This document shows positions 55,427 through 64,000 of a stretch of DNA of 64,000 nt, piece by piece. Position 1 is the stretch's first letter. The number at the start of each line of letters is the position of its first letter. The notes beneath the pieces are model-generated. The model saw nothing but the letters and a program-made list of their open reading frames with translations. It did no database searches and had not been told where the DNA came from. This stretch comes from Chloroflexota bacterium (GTDB taxonomy: Bacteria; Bacillota; Sulfobacillia; JBFLWA01; JBLNDB01). The DNA lies in contig JBLNDB010000096.1 of assembly GCA_050261235.1 (NCBI GenBank), forward strand, positions 2,161 to 66,160. The letters run 5' to 3'. A program made the translations under genes and the position numbers.

Positions 55427-56233
55427 ATGGGGAATATCACAGCAGTCATCGCGGGCTGCGGCGGGGCGGGGAAGACCACCGCCACCATCAATCTGGGCAT
55501 CGCACTTGCCGCCCGAGGTCAACGCGTTCTCCTGGTCGATGGGGCGGCCGGCCTGCCGGACCTCGATGCGTCGCTCAGCCTGGAGCGGGCTGTCCGCCAC
55601 ACTGTGAGCGACGTCATCAGGGGGCGTTGCGAGACTGCCGCGGCCCTGGTCCGGGTGCCGCACGCGGAGCATCTCTGGTTGCTGCCCGCCGGTCCGACCG
55701 GCGGCGAGTGTCTGCACCGGGCCGCGATCGCAGACATCGTCAGCGGCCTGATCGACGACTATGACCAGATCCTGATCGACGCGCCGCCAGGCAATGAAGC
55801 CGGTTGGCTGGCAGCGGTCGCGGCCGCGGCCACCTACGTCGTGGTCGCTCAGCACACTGTCCAGCACCGGCGGGGTGTCGAGTCCGTGCTGTCGCGGCTG
55901 CGCGAGGAGCAGCTGCTGAGCGAGCACCCGCTGATTCTGTTCAACCGGGTGACGCCGGCGCGCAGCACGGCGACCGGCGTCAGCACCGCCGATCTCCTCT
56001 ATGCCTGGGGCCTTGACGACGACGACGTCATCGGCAGCATCCCGGAGGATGATGCGGTCCTGAGCGCCAAGCACAACGGGGTGCCCTTGCTTGTCTCGGC
56101 GCTGCCGACCGCCGCCGGGCGCGCTTTCGTGGCTGCTGCCGGCCGCCTCGCCGCCGCGCTCGCTGCCCGTGAGGCCGAGCGGGATTCTGACCAAACGGAG
56201 GTCGATGATGATGTATCGCGCCCCCAAGCTTGA
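55427..56233 (+). CDS. ParA/MinD-like P-loop ATPase (orphan)
   Basis: Deviant Walker A AGCGGAGKTTATINLG plus Walker B regions. The ATG at 55427 is 6 nt after AACGGAGG. Confidence 0.7.
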   Translation: MGNITAVIAGCGGAGKTTATINLGIALAARGQRVLLVDGAAGLPDLDASLSLERAVRHTVSDVIRGRCETAAALVRVPHAEHLWLLPAGPTGGECLHRAAIADIVSGLIDDYDQILIDAPPGNEAGWLAAVAAAATYVVVAQHTVQHRRGVESVLSRLREEQLLSEHPLILFNRVTPARSTATGVSTADLLYAWGLDDDDVIGSIPEDDAVLSAKHNGVPLLVSALPTAAGRAFVAAAGRLAAALAAREAERDSDQTEVDDDVSRPQA

Positions 56234-56711
56234 CAGTTCGGACAAGGACCGCTTCTACCGCGAACTCAACGAGCTGTTGCTGCACCTGATCGAATTCGAG
56301 CCGGACTGGCTGGCCAACCTGGCCAATGCCGCCGGGCTGCTCGGACACCAGCTCGGGCAGATCAACTGGGCGGGCTTCTACCTGTTCAAGGGCGATGACC
56401 TCGTCCTCGGGCCGTTCTGGGGCAAGCCGGCGTGCACTCACATCGACATCGGCGAGGGGGTCTGCGGCGCTGCAGCCAGAGAACGCGAGACCGTGCTCGT
56501 GACTGATGTCAACACATTCCCCGGCCACATCGCCTGTGACGAGTCGTCGCAGGCCGAGATCGTCGTGCCGATCATCGTTGACGGCGATCTCAAGGCGGTC
56601 CTCGATATCGACGCTCCCGTCAAGGGGCGCTTCGATCTGCTTGACCAGCGCGGCCTCGAGCAGTTCGCGGCAACGCTGGCAAAGCACGTCGACTGGAGCA
56701 AGATGCGCTAG
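56205..56711 (+). CDS. GAF domain protein (free-methionine-R-sulfoxide-reductase-like GAF)
   Basis: The GAF fold in the fRMsr/YtsP subfamily carries conserved cysteines (ACTHIDIGEGVCG...HIACDESS). Its start overlaps the ParA-like gene 3' end by about 28 nt in another frame. Confidence 0.7.
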   Translation: MMMYRAPKLDSSDKDRFYRELNELLLHLIEFEPDWLANLANAAGLLGHQLGQINWAGFYLFKGDDLVLGPFWGKPACTHIDIGEGVCGAAARERETVLVTDVNTFPGHIACDESSQAEIVVPIIVDGDLKAVLDIDAPVKGRFDLLDQRGLEQFAATLAKHVDWSKMR

Positions 56712-56868
56712 ACATAACGCGCTTCACTGACATCGCGAGGCCTCGGGCGCAAGCCCGGGGCCTCGTTCCGTCAACACCCGGACCCGCCGCCAGCCCGGGC
56801 CGATTCACTCTCGACATAACAACTGCGTATAATGACACCAAAGTCCCTGAAGGAGGTCATCGACGGGC

Positions 56869-57036
56869 ATGTCACAACGACAGCACATCGGGCCCTACCC
56901 GCTCGCCCACGCGTTCGTGCCATTCCAGTGTTACGTGACCCGTTTCCCGCCGCTTGAGGGGCTCAAGGCAGGCACCATCTTCCCGGAGCTGGTGAGCCAG
57001 TACGTGCCGCGAGTCTGCGCGAGGGAGGGAGAATGA
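56869..57036 (+). CDS. cotJA: Spore coat protein CotJA (55 aa; shorter than the 60-aa cutoff of the ORF track)
   Basis: Hand translation gives MSQRQHIGPYPLAHAFVPFQCYVTRFPPLEGLKAGTIFPELVSQYVPRVCAREGE, which is CotJA-like (Y-P, FQ and GT-FPEL motifs). Its stop overlaps the cotJB ATG (ATGATG). Confidence 0.6.
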   Translation: MSQRQHIGPYPLAHAFVPFQCYVTRFPPLEGLKAGTIFPELVSQYVPRVCAREGE

Positions 57037-57293
57037 TGGAGCGTTCCCAGTTCGAGGCATTGCTCGCTCTGCAGGCGCTGGGGTTCACCCTGGTCGATCT
57101 GAACCTCTACCTCGACACCCATCCCTGGGACCAGCGCGCGCTGGCTGACTTCAACGCCACTTCGGCGCAGTACCACGCCTGTCGTCAGCAATATGAGAGC
57201 ATGTATGGCCCGCTGATGAACTTCGGCCATAGCATGAGCCCGGCACCATGGCGCTGGGCGATCGACCCATGGCCATGGGAAATCTGCGTCTAG
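57033..57293 (+). CDS. cotJB: Spore coat protein CotJB
   Basis: MMERSQFEALLALQALGFTLVDLNLYLDTHPWDQRAL...YGPLMNFG...PWPWE matches the CotJB family signature. Confidence 0.8.
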   Translation: MMERSQFEALLALQALGFTLVDLNLYLDTHPWDQRALADFNATSAQYHACRQQYESMYGPLMNFGHSMSPAPWRWAIDPWPWEICV

Positions 57294-57307
57294 AGGGGGG
57301 ATAACGG

Positions 57308-57880
57308 GTGTGGGTGTATGAACGCAAGCTCGAGTACCCTGTGCGGATTACGCGTCCAGATCCGCGGATGGCCAAGAACATCATCACCCAGTATGGTGGA
57401 CCGGATGGCGAACTGGCTGCGTCGATGCGCTATCTGACGCAGCGCTACTCGATGCCGACATCGCAGGCAAAAGCAGTGCTGACCGATATCGGGACCGAGG
57501 AGCAGGCCCACATGGAGATTGTCGCCGCCCTCGTCTACCAGCTGACAGAGGGTGCCTCAATCGAGGATATCAAGCGCGCCGGGCTCGACGGCTACTATGC
57601 CGACCACGACAAGGCGATCTACTTCGTCAACGCCGAAGGCGTGCCCTGGACGGCGGCCTACATCCAGTCGAAGGGCGATCCGATCGCCGACCTTCACGAG
57701 GATATGGCGGCGGAGGAGAAGGCGCGCGCGACATACGAGTGGTTGCTCAACCTCAGCGACGACCCGGATGTCTCCGATGTCCTGAAGTTCCTGCGCGAGC
57801 GGGAGGTCGTCCACTTCCAGCGCTTCGGCGAAACGCTTAATCTGATGCACGACTACATGCACCGCAAGCGTCAGTTCTGA
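57308..57880 (+). CDS. cotJC: Spore coat protein CotJC (manganese-catalase-like ferritin fold)
   Basis: MWVYERKLEYPVRITRPDPRMAKNIITQYGGPDGELAASMRYLTQRY and the EEQAHMEIV di-metal motifs. GTG start. Confidence 0.85.
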   Translation: MWVYERKLEYPVRITRPDPRMAKNIITQYGGPDGELAASMRYLTQRYSMPTSQAKAVLTDIGTEEQAHMEIVAALVYQLTEGASIEDIKRAGLDGYYADHDKAIYFVNAEGVPWTAAYIQSKGDPIADLHEDMAAEEKARATYEWLLNLSDDPDVSDVLKFLREREVVHFQRFGETLNLMHDYMHRKRQF

Positions 57881-57935
57881 CCCCGGCTGCTGAAGCGGGG
57901 CTGCCTCACCTCCTCTGGCCCGCCGTGAGCGGGCA

Positions 57936-57970
57936 AACACCCTGCGCCAACTGGCGCAGGGTGTTTCTCT
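57936..57970. terminator. Hairpin aacaccctgcgcc-aact-ggcgcagggtgtt then tctctt, between cotJC (+) and the convergent efflux operon (-)
   Basis: A 13-bp perfect stem. Likely the terminator for cotJ, and possibly bidirectional. Confidence 0.5.
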
Positions 57971-57999
57971 TACCATCCGGCGATTGTATGCCGCCGGCG

Positions 58000-59174
<1,175 letters not shown>

Positions 59175-59178
<4 letters not shown>

Positions 59179-59936
59179 GCCATCGCCTCCTCGCCTGCGG
59201 CAGCCCCACCCGCATACGCCTGGCTGCGCGCGTCGATCGGACTGGCGACCGGCTGGTCGCTGATGATCCGACCGTCGCGCAGGCGGATGATGCGCCGTGA
59301 ATGGCGGGCGATATCCTCATCATGCGTCACAAGGACAATCGTCCGCCCCTGTCGGTGCAGATCCTGCAGAATCGCCATCACCTCGCGCCCGGAGCGGCTG
59401 TCGAGGTTGCCTGTCGGCTCGTCGCCGAGGATGATCGGCGGGTCGGCGGCAATCGTCCGGGCGATGGCGACGCGCTGGACTTCGCCGCCGGAGAGTTGAT
59501 TCGGCTGATGGTGGAGGCGGTGGCCGAGCCCGACCGCAGTCAGGGCGCGCTCCGCCACCCGCCGCCGCTCAGCGGCGGCCACGCCGCGATAGACCAGCGG
59601 CAGTTCGACGTTCTCCAGTGCGGTCAGGCGCGGCAGCACGTTGAAGCTCTGAAACACGAAGCCGATGCGGCGGTTGCGGATCTCGGCGAGAGCGTTGTCA
59701 CCCTTGGCGCTCACATCCTCGCCGGCCAGCAGGTAGGTGCCGGAGGTCGGGCGGTGCAGGCAGCCGATGACGTGCATCAGCGTCGATTTGCCGGAGCCCG
59801 ATTGCCCCATGATCGACACGAACTCACCTTCCGCGATCGACAGGTCGATGCCGCACAGCGCCTCGACGACCGTCTCACCGGTGCGATACTGCTTGGTCAG
59901 TGCCTTGAGTTCGATTAGCGCGGGCATGGCCGTCAT
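59175..59936 (-). CDS. ABC transporter ATP-binding protein (MacB/LolD-type; YknY-like)
   Basis: Walker A GQSGSGKST, signature LSGGEVQRVAIARTI, Walker B ILGDEPTGNLD. Confidence 0.9.
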
Positions 59937-61672
59937 CGCCCGCCATTCGGCCGGATGACCCGGTCACCGGACTGGGGGCCCATGCCCATCCCGGGGAAGC
60001 GCAGACCGTTGTTGCCGCTCACGGTGCCGGTGATCACCGTCTGGCCCTCGCTCAGGCCGGAGACGATCTCGATGTAGAGATCATTGGCCAGGCCGGTCGT
60101 GACCTCGACATTGGTCGCCTTGCGGTCGTCGCCGAGGACGCGGACGAACGAGCGGCCACGCATTGTCTGTACCGCCTCGACCGGCACATAGAGCACGTCA
60201 TCACGGCGGTCGCAGGTGATGGTCACGTTGGCCGTCATCCCGGCCAACAGGTCCTTCGGGTCAGTCAGCTGCAGCTCGACCGGGTATGTCGCGACGCCCT
60301 GGCTGACCGTGCCCAGCGGTGAAATCGAGCTGATCTTTGCCTGATAGGTCTGCCCGGGCTTCGCCGGAACGTCGACGATCGCCTCCATACCGACCTGGAG
60401 GTCGGCCACGTCCAGTTCATCGACGTTGATCTTGACCGACATCTGACTGAAGTCCGCGACGGTGAACATCGCCGTTGATGCGTTGGCGGCCACACGGCTG
60501 CCCACGCTGAGCGAGCAGGCCGTCACGACGCCATCGAATGGCGCGACCACAGTCAGGTCTTCGACATCGGCGAGGGCTGACTCATAGGCCGCGCGCACCT
60601 GTGCCAACTTCGCCTCTTCAGAGGTGATTTCGGTGGCTGTGGCGGTGACCGGTGGGGTCAGCAGGTCATTGAGAGCGGTGCGGGCGTTGTCGAGGTTCAG
60701 TTCGGCTTCTTCGAGAGCCAGGATGGCAGCATCGCTCACCAGCGACATGATCGTATCGCCTTCCTCGATCATGTCGCCCACTGAGACAGAGATCGCGTCC
60801 ACAGAGGCTGCCGTTCGCGAACGGACTGTGTACGTCCTTGCCGAGATCGAGCCGGATCCCTCCAGCTCGGTTCTGTCCATCACATAGTAGCCGATCATGC
60901 CAGGACGGATGTAGTCGTCGCCATCCACTGGATCAAGCGCGATAGTGATGGGTATCTTCACCCCCGTCTCGACCGAGCCGGTCGCGCTCGGGGTGATGCT
61001 GACGACTCGACCGACTCGTTCTGCCCCATTCACGCTGACTGATGCCGTGTCGCCGAGGTGCATGCTGTCTGCCGCCCACTGTGAGACAGTTGTGGAAAGG
61101 GTGAGGGCATTGAGATCGAGTATCGATGCCAGCGTCGCCTGACCGGCAATCTGATCGTGCACGTTCACGGGAATACTGGCGACCAGGCCGGACACAGGTG
61201 ATTGCACGGTCAACCCAGCGACATCTTTCCGGCGCTCTGAGAGCGTGTACTCAGCCTGGCTAACTCGGTACTTGGCATTCTTGATCTCGTTCTCCGTCGC
61301 CGTCGACCGCGGGCTGACCATGTCCGCCAGCCGCTGTTCCTCTGCCTTAAGATTGGCCCGCGCCTGGTCGAGGGCAACCAGCAGGTCAGGGTTGCTGAGG
61401 CGGGCGAGCACCTGCCCTTTCTTCACGTGGTCGCCGACTTTCACCAGCACTTCGTCGGTGGTGGCGGTGGTAGACAGACGCAAGTCCTGCTGCACACCGC
61501 TGACCAGCGTGCCGGTGTTCGTCACTGTAACCTCAATCGTCCCCCGGTCGACTGTTGTCGTCGCGTAGCTGGTGGCCGCTCGCGCCGAGCGCCGGCGCAG
61601 CGTCCGCCAACCGGCGAAGACAAGCAGCAGAACGAGGATCACCGCAACGGGAATGACCCATTTCCTTTTCAA
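59933..61672 (-). CDS. Efflux periplasmic adaptor (HlyD/membrane fusion protein family; YknX-like), about 580 aa
   Basis: N-terminal TM segment (KRKWVIPVAVILVLLLVFAGW), then coiled-coil and beta-barrel MFP regions. The start was moved to TTG at 61672, 7 nt after GAAGGGGGGG. The 676-aa track ORF adds an implausible Ala/Pro/Ser-rich leader. Confidence 0.7.
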   Translation of the reverse strand: MKRKWVIPVAVILVLLLVFAGWRTLRRRSARAATSYATTTVDRGTIEVTVTNTGTLVSGVQQDLRLSTTATTDEVLVKVGDHVKKGQVLARLSNPDLLVALDQARANLKAEEQRLADMVSPRSTATENEIKNAKYRVSQAEYTLSERRKDVAGLTVQSPVSGLVASIPVNVHDQIAGQATLASILDLNALTLSTTVSQWAADSMHLGDTASVSVNGAERVGRVVSITPSATGSVETGVKIPITIALDPVDGDDYIRPGMIGYYVMDRTELEGSGSISARTYTVRSRTAASVDAISVSVGDMIEEGDTIMSLVSDAAILALEEAELNLDNARTALNDLLTPPVTATATEITSEEAKLAQVRAAYESALADVEDLTVVAPFDGVVTACSLSVGSRVAANASTAMFTVADFSQMSVKINVDELDVADLQVGMEAIVDVPAKPGQTYQAKISSISPLGTVSQGVATYPVELQLTDPKDLLAGMTANVTITCDRRDDVLYVPVEAVQTMRGRSFVRVLGDDRKATNVEVTTGLANDLYIEIVSGLSEGQTVITGTVSGNNGLRFPGMGMGPQSGDRVIRPNGGR

Positions 61673-61721
61673 GCCCGCGCCCCCCCTTCGGGAATTTCCG
61701 TCCAAGCCTACCAACTTTTTG

Positions 61722-63137
61722 TTACGAAACTGTTGCCGCTGCCGGAAGGGAGACGGTGAACGTCGTTCCGCGCCCGACTTCGCTGGCGACCGACACCGAG
61801 CCGCCATGGAGTTCGACGATCCGCCGGACAATCGCCAGCCCGAGGCCGCTGCCTTGTCCGCTGCGGCTCGCGTCGCCTTTGTAGAAGCGCTCCCAGATGC
61901 GGGGGAGCTGGTCCGGTGGAATGCCGGCGCCGGTGTCGCTGACGGTGATGCAGGCGCGGCCATTGTCCTTTGCCACTGCCACCGCGACCCGCCCGCCGGC
62001 CGGCGTGAAGCGCAGCGCGTTCTCGATCAGATTGGCCAGCACCTGTTCGATGCGCCCCGGATCGGCGTCGGCCAGCACCGGCGCATCGCCGGCGCACGTC
62101 AATTCGATCCCCCGTTCGCTCGCGGCGGCTGCCAGCGTGCTGCAGGTCGCCCGCGCCAGTCCGGTCAGATCGACGGTTTCGCGGGCAAGGGAGAAGGTCC
62201 CCGAATCGAGCCGCGATGACTGCAGCAGGTCGTCGACCAGGCGCGCCGTCCGCGTCACTTCAGCCCGCGTGTCGCTGAGGTGCTGCCGCAGTTCGGCCGG
62301 GTCCGAGATGATGCCGTCGGCCACGGCCTCGACGGCCGCCAGCAGGCGGGTCAGTGGCCGTCGCAGTTCGTGTGAGACGTCGGCAATGAACTCGCGTCGC
62401 GTCTCTTCCAGCTTCTGCAGCTCGGCCGCGGCGCGGTTGAACGCCTGCGCCAGTTCGCTCAGTTCGTCGTCGCCGGGCAGCTCGACGCGACGCGTGTAAT
62501 CACCCCCGGCGAGGGCCCGCGCCGCTTCGGTGAGCTTGCGGATCGGACCCGACAGCGTGCGCGATGCCCAGTAGGCGAGCATCAGCGACACGACCACCGA
62601 CACGAGCGCCGCCCAGATGAAGCGCTGCCGCAAGTGGGCGGCGGCAAGCGCCAGTGAACTGAGCTCGGCGCTGACGATCACCGCTCCGTTGACGCGATCG
62701 AACTCGGTGATCGGCACGACGACCGACAGCGCGGCCTTGCCGAACCGCTTGTCGGTAAAGGTGGCGGTCTTGCCCGCGAGTATCTGGATCATCGCGTCCT
62801 GACCGACCTCGGTGCCCGTCGCCGCGGCCTGTGACGCGATCAAGACCAGACCGCGCCTGTCGATGATCGACACCCGTGCCTGCAGGGCGCTGTCCATCGC
62901 TCGCAGCGTATCGTAAGCGCTCGCCGGATCGCGTCGTCCGGCGACGACGTCACCCATCAACCGGGCCATCTCGCCGCCGGCGGCCTTGAGCGCTTCCAGC
63001 TTGGCATCGAACACGTAGTTTGCGACCAGGGCCGCCAGCACGCCACCGGTCACGATGAGCGTGATCAGCGCGAGGGCGATGTGCGAGACGACCAGCCGCG
63101 TCAGCAGGGTGCCGCGGGTTGAGCGGTCTTCATTCAC
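61722..63137 (-). CDS. Sensor histidine kinase (two TM, HAMP, HisKA, HATPase_c)
   Basis: H-box ADVSHELRRPLT plus N and G boxes. The GTG start at 63137 follows GAGGTGG and overlaps the response regulator stop (GTGAATGA). The 516-aa track ORF over-extends into the regulator gene. Confidence 0.8.
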   Translation of the reverse strand: MNEDRSTRGTLLTRLVVSHIALALITLIVTGGVLAALVANYVFDAKLEALKAAGGEMARLMGDVVAGRRDPASAYDTLRAMDSALQARVSIIDRRGLVLIASQAAATGTEVGQDAMIQILAGKTATFTDKRFGKAALSVVVPITEFDRVNGAVIVSAELSSLALAAAHLRQRFIWAALVSVVVSLMLAYWASRTLSGPIRKLTEAARALAGGDYTRRVELPGDDELSELAQAFNRAAAELQKLEETRREFIADVSHELRRPLTRLLAAVEAVADGIISDPAELRQHLSDTRAEVTRTARLVDDLLQSSRLDSGTFSLARETVDLTGLARATCSTLAAAASERGIELTCAGDAPVLADADPGRIEQVLANLIENALRFTPAGGRVAVAVAKDNGRACITVSDTGAGIPPDQLPRIWERFYKGDASRSGQGSGLGLAIVRRIVELHGGSVSVASEVGRGTTFTVSLPAAATVS

Positions 63138-63813
63138 GGTCGACCACCTCGAACTTGTAGCCGACGCCCCAGACGGTCTGGATGTAGGTGTGGGGCGCGC
63201 CCCCGGCCTCCAGCTTGCTGCGCAGGCGCTTGATGTGGACGTCCACGGTCCGCGGCTCGCCGAAGTAGTCATAGCCCCAGACTCGCTCCAGCAGTTGCTC
63301 GCGGGTCAGCACCTGGCCCGGGTTGTTCGCCAGGAGGACCAACAGCTCGAACTCCCTCGGCGTCAGGGGGACAGTCTGCTCGGCGACTGTCACTTCGTAC
63401 TTGGCGGGGCGAATCGTCAGCCCGGGAAAGGTGAGTGTCCGCTCGCGGTCCGCCGGCTCGCCGCCGGCCCGCCGAAACAGCGCGCGGACCCGCGACAGCA
63501 GCTCCTTCATTGCGAACGGCTTGACCAGGTAATCGTCCGCGCCGAGATCGAGCCCCTGGACACGGTCCTCGACCTCGCCACGGGCAGTCACCATGATGAT
63601 CGGCATCCGGCGCGTGATCCGGATCCGGCGACAGACCTCGAGACCGTCGACTTTCGGCAGCATCAGGTCGAGCACTACCAGGTCGGGATCCCAGGCGTCG
63701 ACCTCTGCCAGTCCGGCGGCGCCGTCAGCGGCGATGCGCGTCTCGTACCCCTCGGCCACCAGGTACTTGGCCATGATCCGGGCCAGATACTGGTCATCTT
63801 CAACTATCAGCAC
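63130..63813 (-). CDS. OmpR-family response regulator
   Basis: Receiver domain (MLIVEDDQ...DLVVLDLMLP...) and a winged-helix trans_reg_C output domain (VWGYDYFGEPRTVDVHIKRLRSKL). Confidence 0.85.
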   Translation of the reverse strand: MLIVEDDQYLARIMAKYLVAEGYETRIAADGAAGLAEVDAWDPDLVVLDLMLPKVDGLEVCRRIRITRRMPIIMVTARGEVEDRVQGLDLGADDYLVKPFAMKELLSRVRALFRRAGGEPADRERTLTFPGLTIRPAKYEVTVAEQTVPLTPREFELLVLLANNPGQVLTREQLLERVWGYDYFGEPRTVDVHIKRLRSKLEAGGAPHTYIQTVWGVGYKFEVVDRE

Positions 63814-63945
63814 GCGGGCGCTCAGCCTGCATCGCCTCCCGGTAAGGCGGCGAGGCCTGCCGGGGACAGGCCTCGCGCGCTTCTGACACTACACATATCC
63901 TAAGCCCCAGTTGTTACGCCATTGTGACGTCGCGCGGCAGTCCCT

Positions 63946-64000
63946 AGATCAGCGTCAGGCCAGCTTCGGCCGCCGCCGCGAACGCTGCGGCCGTCGCCGC
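63946..64000 (-). CDS. 3' end of an unidentified minus-strand gene running off the window (...AATAAAFAAAAEAGLTLI stop)
   Basis: An open frame on the minus strand ends with TAG (complement of 63946-63948). Too short to assign a function. Confidence 0.3.

Overview
This is a 64-kb window of high-GC DNA (roughly 65-70%) from an endospore-forming bacterium. It contains a gerA-type germinant receptor operon (A, B and C subunits), a cotJA-cotJB-cotJC spore-coat operon and a sigma-E-like promoter candidate. Together with a tryptophanase gene (tnaA) in such a GC-rich spore-former, this fits a Symbiobacterium-like Firmicute; that placement is inference only. Most of the window is housekeeping or ordinary accessory content: the 3' end of pyk, pckA, polA, mutM, cysK, glyA, murI, coaE, an Opp/Dpp-type ABC operon, a GH4 glycosidase plus PTS EIICB, a TPP riboswitch with thiT, an ECF sigma/anti-sigma pair, an Nramp transporter, an ars-like operon, a two-component system with a tripartite MacB-type efflux pump, and four tRNA-Leu genes. 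The stretches worth a second look are the following. (1) A four-gene cluster of unrecognised membrane proteins at 48872-51789 that looks like two paralogous pairs. It has a distinct codon bias and lower GC, and it sits behind a roughly 500-bp AT-rich leader that follows a strong terminator. (2) A stand-alone radical-SAM enzyme at 47234-48319 just upstream of that leader, with a Cys-containing small ORF inside the leader. (3) A roughly 100-130-nt structured element present twice (7308-7414 and 37665-37796), with a partial third copy at 7476-7509. The paired regions show compensatory base changes between copies, and each full copy lies about 30 nt after the stop codon of a PLP-dependent amino-acid enzyme gene (tnaA, glyA). 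(4) An ISLre2-like IS element whose transposase carries a frameshift, lying with an MFS transporter gene between two near-identical tRNA-Leu(GAG) genes. No CRISPR array and no rRNA were seen. The many long antisense ORFs in the six-frame track are the usual artefacts of high GC and are not annotated.
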